Below are positions 23,471 to 35,106 of a stretch of 64,000 nucleotides of DNA, in pieces. The stretch's first letter is position 1, and each line of letters begins with the position of its first letter. Under the pieces are notes generated by a model. That model saw only the letters and a list, made by a program, of their open reading frames with translations, was not told the DNA's origin and did no database searches. Source of the stretch: Phaeosaccion multiseriatum (taxonomy: Eukaryota; Protista; Ochrophyta, other classes); the NCBI GenBank assembly GCA_965112735.1, contig OZ218959.1:2294001-2358000 (forward strand), given 5' to 3'. The translations under genes and the position numbers were made by a program.

Positions 23471-25267
23471 TCCTTTCCCTTGTTCTTTTGGCCTGACTGC
23501 TGTAATTGTCGTAGCTACCGTAGGGTTCTCTCCCTCTCTCCCTCTCCCTCTCCCTCTCCCTCTCCCTCTCTCTCGGTGCATGCTTTTCTCCCTCTTTCTC
23601 TGCAATAACACACCCACTCCCCCCCCCCCTCTCCCCTCTCTCAAACAAACGGCTGGTGCATAATTCATTGGCTTCTCAGCGCCGGCGTACCTGTCCTGTT
23701 TGCCGCCTCGAACTTCCTTCCCAAGACGCCGACGCCGAAGCTGCCCGGCAGAGGAGAGCGAGGGCAAGGGAAGGTGCAGAGGACTGGAACGACTGGTTCT
23801 CGTAGCTTGACAGGAAGGCCACGACGAAAGGATGGTAAAAGAGAGCTGACTCGATCATGCACGCGTGTTGTGGGCCCACCTTGGAGGAGACGAGTGGAGT
23901 GGGAGGTGCCAAGCAATCCAAGGGCCTCTGACGGAAGGGGAATGGGAGCATGTCTTTGGGCTTCGGGCAGACAAGTCAGACAAGTATGTCTGCTTTGTTG
24001 ACCACCGTGGTGGGGTGGAGGCCGCTGGAAAGGAGACTCCGTTACTCGAGCATTTGCTGCCGTGTGCTACTTGCGGTGCGGTTTCTGCTGCTGTTACTGT
24101 GGACATGTATTGCTCTGTTCGACCCCTGACACGCTATCCGCTATCCGCTATCGAGAAAGTGGGCGATAGCGTGTCAGGGGTCGAACACATACACACACAC
24201 ACACACACACACGCACCCACACTTCCGAACCTCCATGATGGGTTATTCATGTCATAAGTTACTTTCGGATATACACCCACTCCTGCGGAGACCCTCTTGT
24301 CTCGTCTCGCGAGTGCTTCTGCTGAGGGACGAAGGAGTTACATCTCTCCCCTCTCACTCTCCGTCGCCACTCCCCTAAGTAGCCAAAAATCCCGCCCCCC
24401 TTCTATTGACTGTTGGAAGGCCTCAGATGAGATGGTCCTTAATGGTCGGTGTGTCCTATACTACATAGATTCTGAGTGGCAACGGGCCGCTCAGTAATAG
24501 GTGAACTTGGTAAGGAGAGCCTAGCAGCAGGGCTTGCAAACGTGTTCCATCCCGGCTAATATACTGAGTGTTACCACTTGTCTAAGCGACTCTAGTCGCT
24601 TTTACATGACATACTACACCCTTACACCTCCCACTCCCCCACGGCTTCCTGGCTCTTGCTCCACAGCAGCTCCATGTTGTCCTTATTGTTGAAACGCTCA
24701 TCGATGGGCAGGTTCACCGCAGGGCCCCAGCAGCCCCCCATCTTGGTGCATCCGTAGTACTCCCCCGACTTGACCTCGGGCATGAAGGCACAAGTAAGGA
24801 TGCCGCAGGTGCCGTCCTCTGAGCTCTGGGCAAGCATACGTATGCCCCCGACCGCGAACTTTGGCATACCCCCTGACGGTGTGTGTGTGCGAGAGAGAGA
24901 GAGAGAGAGAGAGAGTGCGTGAGTGAGTAAGTGAGGAAGTGTGTGTGTGAGAGAGAGATTGAGTGAGTAGGTGAGTTTGTGTGTGCGTGTGAGAGAGATT
25001 GAGTAAGTAAGTGCGTGTGTGTGTGTGTGCGTGTGTATGGAAAAGGAAGGAGAGACACGACGAGGGGGCGAGGCAAGCGCGTGGTTCATTTAAAAGACAA
25101 TGTGGCTACATGAGGTACAGTTTTGAATGAAATGTGGCAATCGGGTCGTGTTGCGAGAACAAAGACAAGCATCCTGCCATCCACTGCCATGGCTTGGCTG
25201 TGACATCCACTGCCACCGCGTGGGTGTACATAAGATCATGTGAAACATCACGTACCGTCCGTCACAG

Positions 25268-25886
25268 TGTTAGAAGTCGTGCTTTTGCTAGACTGGTACC
25301 TACCCTCTGAATTTAGACCGGGAGGTATCAGTCTAGCAAAAGTACGACTTCTAACAAGACCGTTGCTAGAAGACGAACCCCCCCCCCCCACCGCACATAG
25401 TGGAGAGAAGTAACTCGCAGTCTGAGAATCAGCATCATGGGCCAGCAAGCTGGTAACAGTTTTCGCCGAAAAATACGCTTTTTCACAAGCTACAGCCAGG
25501 GTTCGAACTCGCAATGGCCTTGTGTTAGAAGTCGTGCTTTTGCTAGACTGGTACCTACCCTCTGAATATTAAAAAAAAAATTAATATTCAGAGGGTAGGT
25601 ACCAGTCTAGCAAAAGCACGACTTCTAACACAAGGCCATTGCGAGTTCGAACCCTGGCTGTAGCTTGTGAAAAAAGTGTGTTTTTCGGCGAAAACTGGTA
25701 CCGGCTGGCACCCATTAGTCTGATTCCCAGACTGCGAGTTACTTCTCTCCACTATGTGCGGTGGGGGGGGGGGGGTTCGACTTCTAGCATTAGGGCTTGT
25801 TAGAAGTCGTGCTTTTGCTAGACTGGTACCTCCCGGTCTGAATTCAGAGGGCAGGTATCAGTCTAGCAAAAGTACGACTTCTAACA
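25268..25886. mobile_element. Non-coding palindromic (triple-hairpin) insertion element A, 619 bp, 4-bp TSD
   Basis: Ends TGTTAGAAG...CTTCTAACA; TSD ACAG at 25264-25267 and 25887-25890. Removing the element and one TSD restores NLAMPTVTD, the same length as NLVTTTGTD in the paralogs. Hairpins at 25268-25356, 25523-25630 and 25798-25886. Confidence 0.92.
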
Positions 25887-26127
25887 ACAGTTGGCATTGC
25901 CAGATTGGTGGCGGATAGTCCCGGGTGCCCACACACGGACTTCACCTGCAGCGGTACGTACCACCAACCGTACCACCAAGAACAACAGGACCGAGCAGGA
26001 GAGGAGGGAGAGGGTTCGTCGTTCGCTTTTGTGATGTTGTGATGAACAACCACCCTGGTCACCCACACTCACACCCAAATTCACACCTGCCAGCCGAGCT
26101 CGGGAGGGGAAAGTGTGATGGTGCTTG

Positions 26128-27050
26128 TGTTACGATATAAGGCATCCCAATATGCCTTCAGTATTATCCAAACGTTTGGATAATACTGAAGGCATATTGG
26201 GATGCCTTATATCGTAACAAAAGGTGAGTTCCTTGAGCCCTACACCTTCGCACCGGGGGGTTGGCGCTACCGACACGTTCGTCCCTAAATACTGTCCCTT
26301 TGTTTATCCCACCAGTTTTCACGTGCTTTTTTCAACAGGGTACGACCCTCTGGTATCTCCTTGGGAACCCCCCTCGGGAAACATCATATTATTTTTTTCT
26401 CTTTCCTCAGGTAGGACTCGAACCCCTCTTTCCTCAGGTAGGACTCGAACCCCTCTTTTGTTACGATATAAGGCATCCCAATATGCCTTCAGTATTATCC
26501 AAACGACTCGAACCCCTCTTTCCTCAGGTAGGACTCGAACCCCTCTTTCCTCAGGTAGGACTCGAACCCCTCTTTTGTTACGATATAAGGCATCCCAATA
26601 TGCCTTCAGTATTATCCAAACGGATATCCATTTTTTTAAAAATTTTTTTTTTTAAAAAAATGGATATCCGTTTGGATAATACTGAAGGCATATTGGGATG
26701 CCTTATATCGTAACAAAAGAGGGGTTCGAGTCCTACCTGAGGAAAGAGGGGTTCGAGTCCTACCTGAGGAAAGAGGAAAAAATAATATGATGTTTCCCGA
26801 GGGGGGTTCCCAAGGAGATACCAGAGGGTCGTACCCTGTTGAAAAAAGCACGTGAAAACTGGTGGGATAAACAAAGGGACAGTATTTAGGGACGAACGTG
26901 TCGGTAGCGCCAACCCCCCGGTGCGAAGGTGTAGGGCTCAAGGAACCCACCTTTTGTTACGATATAAGGCATCCCAATATGCCTTCAGTATTATCCAAAC
27001 GCGCGTTTGGATAATACTGAAGGCATATTGGGATGCCTTATATCGTAACA
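26128..27050. mobile_element. Non-coding palindromic (triple-hairpin) insertion element B, 923 bp, 5-bp TSD
   Basis: Ends TGTTACGATAT...ATATCGTAACA; TSD GCTTG at 26123-26127 and 27051-27055; absent from the paralogous intron (single gcttg near 31000). Hairpins at 26128-26219, 26576-26715 and 26955-27050; 117-bp tandem duplication in the left arm. Confidence 0.92.
26723..26760 (+). promoter_or_regulatory. Tandem Pol III B-box-like motifs GGTTCGAGTCC in 27-bp repeats (mirrored on the minus strand at ~26400-26572)
   Basis: Match to the B-box consensus GGTTCGANTCC; unit GAGGGGTTCGAGTCCTACCTGAGGAAA. Confidence 0.55.
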
Positions 27051-29208
27051 GCTTGCTGCTGCTTATCCAAAGACCTCAGCTAAACTACAAAACACACACG
27101 CCTCAATGAAAATGCTTGTACTTTGGAGTGCTGTAACGTGTGTGTTTTTAGGGGGCGAAGAGTGGCTGATGGAGAGAGAGGGGAAGGGAGAAGACTGGAG
27201 AGGCAAGATGGGGGGGGGGATAGATGGAGAGGGAGAGGAAGGAGAGACAGAGACAACCCACAAACCACCCAACTAACCAACCAACCAACCAACCAACTAA
27301 CCAGCCTACCACCCGACCTCACCTTGGAGCCTTTGGTTTGGAGCTTCTGGTGCAGAGCCTGGGCGAAAACGATGTTGGCCTGCTTCGTCTGGACGGAGAG
27401 GGAGGGACGGGGGTACAGCAGATAGAAGAGACAGGACGAGCGGGGGATGGTGGGGGATCCGCAGGAGGGGAGGAGGGGGGGGAAAGGAAGGGGCGGGGTT
27501 CTATATCTCTCCCTCTCTTCTCTATAACCGAAAAGCAACAGACAGAAGGTTAGCTATAACCCAATCCACACTCACCTGCTGGTATCGTACCCACCGGGGG
27601 CCCTTCATCCCCCCAGCCGTCGAATCTCCCCCCAAGTCTCCCCCCTTCTTCTCCAAGTACTTGGCCTCCAGTGCCTTCGGCTGGTTGGCGGCTATGCTGG
27701 AGTGGCTCACTATGCGAGCTTCGCCCTTGCTCTCGGCCGCCTTTTCCAACAGGGGGAAGAGCTCCTTGCTGAGCATGAAGTGACTGAGGTGATTCGTCTG
27801 CCAGCCATTTGAGATTGCCATAGACAAGAGGGAGGGGGGGGGGGGGGTGAGGAGGTGCTGGAGACAATAGGGGTTGAATACCAGTGCCAAAGGCAGGCAG
27901 GCAGGGAGGGAGGGAGGGCGGGAGGGAGCGTAGCTTGAAGTGCTGCTTTGACCCCCTTGCATCTCTGCCACGTGCAGTGTGCACTAGGTTGGCATTCGAA
28001 GACACTAAAAGTATCCATCTTCATCTTCCCGAGCGAGATGCTCTTCCATGGCGTGAGGAGAAGAAACGAGGTGTGCTAGAGACGGACAGACCCGATCGGC
28101 AGTGTGGTGTGTCATCTCACCTGCATCTGAATGTCGTAGCCATCTTTTGTCGCTTTGTCGGCCATCGCCCTGTGCTCCCCCATAGAGATGGAGAGAGAGA
28201 AAGAGAGAGGGACAGAGAGAGAGAAAGAGAGAGAGAGGGAGAGGGAGAGAGGGAAAGAGAGGGAGAGGGAGGGAGAGGGAGAGGAAGAGGAAGATGGAGA
28301 GAGAGAGAGCGGGAGAGAGATAAAGAGATAGAGAAGAGAGAAAGAGAGAGCCGTGCATGTAGGGTGAGCCCAAAGCCAAAGCCAAACAAGGAAAGGCCAA
28401 CGAAGGCCAAGGAAGGCCAAGCAGCAGTAGAGGGCGCACCGCGCACCCCCCCTGACTCACAGCCCATTCACAGCGGACTCACATGATGCCTGCATTGTTC
28501 ACAAGCACATCGATCCCGCTCTTTGCGTACGCGGCCTTGATGGCGTCGATGGCGCTCTTGACAGACGCAAAGTCCTGCAAGTCGCAGTCTATCTGGGATA
28601 TCTTGGAGCTTGCACCGAGCTGCTCCTTCAGGTCCGCGAGGATCTTCTCAGATCTGTGTGTGTGGGGAGGGAGTGAGGAGTGGGTGGGGGGTGAGCGGTG
28701 GGGCACGAGCAAGCTCTCTTTGTCTCGAGTGGTGGGGCAAGGAGACAGTGTCTCTCCCTCTCTCTCCCTCTCTCTCTCGTTCTCTCTCCGGATTGATCAC
28801 TTTCGTGGCTTCAATTCCCTCCCTCGTCTCGTCTGCCCATTCCGTCTTGTTGCAGAAACCATCATCCCCTGTGCCAAGCCCCCCCCCCCCCCCTCTCCGG
28901 CTCTTCAAATGAACACACAGCACACGCACCTCTCGCTCCTTCTGTTAAGCATCACCACCTCTGCACCCTTCTCGGCAGCGGTCCGAGCAAACACTTCACC
29001 CGTTCCGGAGGTGGTGCCTGTGATCACAACCACCTTGCCATCCGCACTCGGGAGTTGGCTCAGCAACTTTGGGTATTGCACGGACTTCTTCGTGCCGGAG
29101 AAAGTGCCCCCCATGGTGAAATCTGGACGTCGAAAGAGACAGAGAAGGGAGCGACAGAGTGAGAGAGAGAAGAGTCGGCAGGGTGCGCGTGAGAGAAAGA
29201 GAGATGAG

Positions 29209-29246
<38 letters not shown>

Positions 29247-29330
29247 GTAGAGAAGAAGCGACGGAGTGAAGAGAGAGAAGAGAGGACAGGTTGCGAGGGA
29301 GAGAAGACAGGGCAGGGTGCGAGAGAGAAC

Positions 29331-29361
<31 letters not shown>

Positions 29362-30121
29362 AGAAAAGAGAAAAAGAAAAAATGGCGTGCGATTGATTTC
29401 GCCAAAACCCCCGCATTCCAGACCCTCCTGCGACGCTCTTTCCTTACCGCTGCTGGGGTTGGTGAGGTGCGATACACTTGGGGACGACTTGGGTGCGACT
29501 TTCCTCCTTGGTGAGCTACAATGGTCGTCGTATTATTTTTTACGTCAGAGTGGCTGGCTGGCCATTTCTTACTATGTCAACGATTCTCTCCTTCCTCCTC
29601 TATCACACACACTCCACACCTTTGGGTGGCCGCCTGTCCCTCCTCACATCCGTTGCGCGGGGGGGCATGTCGGTCCTGGCCGAGTTCTCCCTTGTTCGGC
29701 GGCGGTCGCTTCGGCGGCCTCCGCCGTTCGGGGTCTACTCTTGGTTCTCCAACAATCGTGCACGCGTCCCCCCTCCTCCTCACCATGACACTCTCGTCTC
29801 ACACACACATACACTTTCAGTTTCCCCCCATCACCATCACTACTATCGGATACCGGGTACCTCCGCCACCTTCGCTGACTGATTCAACCTCCAACCTCCC
29901 AGCCACTTCTGTCCCATCCCATCGCCCACCATCGCCTTCCTCGCTCGCACCTCTTGTAAAAGTAATCACCGTCCCCCCTTCAAAATCGTTGATATAAAGG
30001 ATACTCCTCACACACCCTTGAGAGTACATCTCTCCTGTCCGTCTGTCCGTCGCCACCCCCCCCCCTGGCTGAGCAGCCACAAGAATGCCCCACCCTTTCT
30101 GTTGACATACTACATACACCC

Positions 30122-31134
30122 TTACACCTCCCACTCCCCGACCGCTTCCTGGCTCTTGCTCCACAGCAGCTCCATGTTGTCCTTACTGTTGAAACGCTCA
30201 TCGATGGGCAGGCTCACCGAAGGTCCTGTGCAGCCCCCCATCTTGGTGCATCCGTAGTACTCCCCCGACTTGACCTCGGGCATGAACGCACAAGTGAGGA
30301 TGCCGCAGGTGCCGTCCTCTGAGCTCTGGGAGAACATACGTATGCCTGCTGTCGTGAACCTTGACACGCCCCCTGACAGCGTGTGTGTGCGCATATATAT
30401 ATGTACGTGTGTGTGTGTGCGCGCATGCGTGTGTGTGAGTGTATACGTGTGTGAGCGTATGTGTATGTCATGTGTATGTGCATGTGGAGAGGAAAGGAAA
30501 GTACAAGTATTAAAATCGCGTTGCCTAGCAGATTTGAACGACGTATGATGCCCAAATGTGTGAGACCTGCCGCATATATGTGTGTCCTGCAGTGCCTTTT
30601 GCAGCTTGGCGGATGGGTATGCAACTGTCCATTTCTCATGTCATTGGTACATAGCGGAGGCTGGCTCGTCCAGCCCTCGGTGAGGCGGTTGGCAATAAGA
30701 TAAGATAAGACATGTTTTGTGTTTCGCGAGGACAGAGACAAGCATGGAATGACATCCACTGCCGTCGTTTGGGTCTACGTATATAAAGATTACGTACCAT
30801 CCGTCCCCGTTGTGGTGACCAGATTTGTGGCGGACATTCCCGGATGCGCGCACACAGACTTCACCTGCATCGTTGTGTAGCCATACCACCAACCACAAAA
30901 AGACAAAGAAAGGGAGAGGAGGGAGAGGAGGGAGAGGTTCACGTTCCTGCTTGCGGTTACGCCCACCAGAGCCGAGCTCGGGAGAACAAAGTACGATGGC
31001 GCTTGACACTTGACATGCGGCTTCTTTGCTAAAGACTTCACACATAATATCCCAACATGCAGAATGTTTCCCAAAAGACTGTGCGCTGGGGAGTGTAACG
31101 GGCGTGTATGTGGAGGAAGCGTGCTGGAAAGAGA

Positions 31135-31185
<51 letters not shown>

Positions 31186-33047
31186 GAGACAGAGTTTACC
31201 CACCAACCAACCAACCAACCAACCAACTAACCCACCAACCTACCACCCGAACTCACCTTGGAGCCTTTGGTTTGGAGCTTCTGGTGCAGAGCCTGGGCGA
31301 AAACGATGTTGGCCTGCTTCGTCTGGACGGAGAGGGAGGGAGGGGGGGGACAGCAGAGAGCAAAGGAGCGCGTCATAGTCGGATCGAGACGGGAAGTGCC
31401 CATTTCATCTCCCACCCCCCTCTTCTCACTCTCCCTCTCTCACTCTCGCTCTCTCTTCTCTCTAACCTAAAACCAACAGTAGGTAGGTGGGGGTAAACAA
31501 TCCAATCCACACTCACCTGTCCGTATCGTACCCACCGGGGGCTCTTAAACCCCCCAGCCGTCGAATCTCCCCCCAAGTCTCCCCCCTTCTTCTCCAAGTA
31601 CTTGGCCTCCAGTGCCTTCGGCTGGTTGGCGGCTATGCTGGAGTGGCTCACTATGCGAGCTTCGCCCTTGCTCTCGGCCGCCGTTTCCAACAGGGGGAAG
31701 AGCTCCTTGCTGAGCATGAAGTGACTGAGGTGATTCGTCTGCCAGCCATTTGTGATTGTCATAGACAAGAGGGAGGGGGGGGGGGGGATGAGGAGGTGCT
31801 GCAGCCAACAGGGGTTGAATACCAGTACCAAAGGCAGGCAGGCAGGGAGCGAGGGCGGGAGGGAGCGTAGCTTGAAGTGCTGCTTTGACCCCCTTGCATC
31901 TCTGCCACGTGCAGTGTGCACTAGGTTGGCATTCGAAGACACTAAAAGTATCCATCTTCATCTTCCCGAGCGAGATGCTCTTCCATGGCGTGAGGAGAAG
32001 AAACGAGGTGTGCTAGAGACGGACAGACCCGATCGGCAGTGTGGTGTGTCATCTCACCTGCATCTGAATGTCGTAGCCATCTTTTGTCGCTTTGTCGGCC
32101 ATCGCCCTGTGCTCCCCCATAGAGATGGAGAGAGAGAAAGAGAGAGGGACAGAGAGAGAGAAAGAGAGAGAGAGGGAGAGGGAGAGAGGGAAAGAGAGGG
32201 AGAGGGAGGGAGAGGGAGAGGAAGAGGAAGAGGGAGAGAGAGAGAGCGGGAGAGAGATAAAGAGATAGAGAAGAGAGAAAGAGAGAGCCGTGCATGTAGG
32301 GTGAGCCCAAAGCCAAAGCCAAACAAGGAAAGGCCAACGAAGGCCAAGGAAGGCCAAGCAGCAGTAGAGGGCGCACCGCGCACCCCCCCTGACTCACAGC
32401 CCATTCACAGCGGACTCACATGATGCCTGCATTGTTCACAAGCACATCGATCCCGCTCTTTGCGTACGCGGCCTTGATGGCGTCGATGGCGCTCTTGACA
32501 GACGCAAAGTCCTGCAAGTCGCAGTCTATCTGGGATATCTTGGAGCTTGCACCGAGCTGCTCCTTCAGGTCCGCGAGGATCTTCTCAGATCTGTGTGTGT
32601 GGGGAGGGAGTGAGGAGTGGGTGGGGGGTGAGCGGTGGGGCACGAGCAAGCTCTCTTTGTCTCGAGTGGTGGGGCAAGGAGACAGTGTCTCTCCCTCTCT
32701 CTCCCTCTCTCTCTCGTTCTCTCTCCGGATTGATCACTTTCGTGGCTTCAATTCCCTCCCTCGTCTCGTCTGCCCATTCCGTCTTGTTGCAGAAACCATC
32801 ATCCCCTGTGCCAAGCCCCCCCCCCCTCTCCGGCTCTTCAAATGAACACACAGCACACGCACCTCTCGCTCCTTCTGTTAAGCATCACCACCTCTGCACC
32901 CTTCTCGGCAGCGGTCCGAGCAAACACTTCACCCGTTCCGGAGGTGGTGCCTGTGATCACAACCACCTTGCCATCCGCACTCGGGAGTTGGCTCAGCAAC
33001 TTTGGGTATTGCACGGACTTCTTCGTGCCGGAGAAAGTGCCCCCCAT
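30122..33047 (-). CDS. SDR copy 2 (intact; chimeric)
   Basis: Same 7 exons, YGQ|TK; MGGTFS start resembles an N-myristoylation motif. Confidence 0.9.
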
Positions 33048-33141
33048 GGTGAAATCTGGACGTCGAAAGAGACAGAGAAGGGAGCGACAGAGTGAGAGAG
33101 AGAAGAGTCGGCAGGGTGCACGTGAGAGAAAGAGAGATGAG

Positions 33142-33181
<40 letters not shown>

Positions 33182-34050
33182 GTAGAGAAGAAGCGACGGA
33201 GTGAAGAGAGAGAAGAGAGGACAGGTTGCGAGGGAGAGAAGACAGGGCAGGGTGCGAGAGAGAACAGAGAGAGAGAGAGAGAGAGAAGAGAGAAAAGAGA
33301 AAAAGAAAAAATGGCGGGCGATTGATTTCGCCAAAACCCCCGCATTCCAGACCCTCCTGCGACGCTCTTTCCTTACCGCTGCTGGGGTTGGTGAGGTGCG
33401 ATACACTTGGGGACGACTTGGGTGCGACTTTCCTCCTTGGTGAGCTACAATGGTCGTCGTATTATTTTTTATGTCAGAGTGGCTGGCTGGCCATTTCTTA
33501 CTATGTCAACGATTCTCTCCTTCCTCCTCTATCACACACACTCCACACCTTTGGGTGGCCGCCTGTCCCTCCTCACATCCGTTGCGCGGGGGGGCATGTC
33601 GGTCCTGGCCGAGTTCTCCCTTGTTCGGCGGCGGTCGCTTCGGCGGCCTCCGCCGTTCGGGGTCTACTCTTGGTTCTCCAACAATCGTGCACGCGTCCCC
33701 CCTCCTCCTCACCATGACACTCTCGTCTCACACACACATACACTTTCAGTTTCCCCCCATCACCATCACTACTATCGGATACCGGGTACCTCCGCCACCT
33801 TCGCTGACTGATTCAACCTCCAACCTCCCAGCCACTTCTGTCCCATCCCATCGCCCACCATCGCCTTCCTCGCTCGCACCTCTTGTAAAAGTAATCACCG
33901 TCCCCCCTTCAAAATCGTTGATATAAAGGATACTCCTCACACACCCTTGAGAGTACATCTCTCCTGTCCGTCTGTCCGTCGCCACCCCCCCCCCTGGCTG
34001 AGCAGCCACAAGAATGCCCCACCCTTTCTGTTGACATACTACATACACCC

Positions 34051-35063
34051 TTACACCTCCCACTCCCCGACCGCTTCCTGGCTCTTGCTCCACAGCAGCT
34101 CCATGTTGTCCTTACTGTTGAAACGCTCATCGATGGGCAGGCTCACCGAAGGTCCTGTGCAGCCCCCCATCTTGGTGCATCCGTAGTACTCCCCCGACTT
34201 GACCTCGGGCATGAACGCACAAGTGAGGATGCCGCAGGTGCCGTCCTCTGAGCTCTGGGAGAACATACGTATGCCTGCTGTCGTGAACCTTGACACGCCC
34301 CCTGACAGCGTGTGTGTGCGCATATATGTATGTACGTGTGTGTGTGTGTGCGCGCATGCGTGTGTGTGAGTGTATACGTGTGTGAGCGTATGTGTATGTG
34401 CATGTGGAGAGGAAAGGAAAGTACAAGTATTAAAATCGCGTTGCCTAGCAGATTTGAACGACGTATGATGCCCAAATGTGTGAGACCTGCCGCATATATG
34501 TGTGTCCTGCAGTGCCTTTTGCAGCTTGGCGGATGGGTATGCAACTGTCCATTTCTCATGTCATTGGTACATAGCGGAGGCTGGCTCGTCCAGCCCTCGG
34601 TGAGGCGGTTGGCAATAAGATAAGATAAGAACATGCGGTGGTGTTTTGTGTTTCGCGAGGACAGAGACAAGCATGGAATGACATCCACTGCCGTCGTTTG
34701 GGTCTACGTATATAAAGATTACGTACCATCCGTCCCCGTTGTGGTGACCAGATTTGTGGCGGACATTCCCGGATGCGCGCACACAGACTTCACCTGCATC
34801 GTTGTGTAGCCATACCACCAACCACAAAAAGACAAAGAAAGGGAGAGGAGGGAGAGGAGGGAGAGGTTCACGTTCCTGCTTGCGGTTACGCCCACCAGAG
34901 CCGAGCTCGGGAGAACAAAGTACGATGGCGCTTGACACTTGACATGCGGCTTCTTTGCTAAAGACTTCACACATAATATCCCAACATGCAGAATGTTTCC
35001 CAAAAGACTGTGCGCTGGGGAGTGTAACGGGCGTGTATGTGGAGGAAGCGTGCTGGAAAGAGA

Positions 35064-35106
<43 letters not shown>

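Larger units (their letters stand above)
24622..29114 (-). pseudogene. Short-chain dehydrogenase/reductase (retinol-dehydrogenase-like) copy 1, exon 6 interrupted by a palindromic insertion
   Basis: 7 exons: MGGTFS..VVVITGTTSGTG (Rossmann fold), CDL, LVNNAGIM, TNHLSHF, HSS, YQQ|TK (YxxxK), HPG..ATNL, last exon ..LWSKSQEAVGEWEV. The 619-bp insertion introduces a stop (MPTVVRSRTFARLIPAL*). Confidence 0.85.

Noticed and set aside
23600-24260. Coding-like ORF fragments (also 37400-37970)
   Set aside because: Possibly decayed genes, but no motif could be identified.
26400-26620. Repeated 46-bp and 27-bp units resembling a CRISPR array
   Set aside because: No unique spacers, repeats in both orientations, no cas genes, eukaryotic context; explained by the internal duplication of element B.
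26716-26775. Possible tRNA gene
   Set aside because: Only a T-arm/B-box-like piece; no D-arm, anticodon arm or full cloverleaf seen.
26224-26950. Mirror-image ORFs (MALPTRSS.., MSSLSPTP..) in element B
   Set aside because: By-products of the palindrome and repeats; no recognisable domain.
25268-27050. Hammerhead ribozyme (retrozyme-like) in the palindromic elements
   Set aside because: No CUGANGA...GAAA core with proper stems found by eye; an Infernal search would be needed to exclude other ribozymes.
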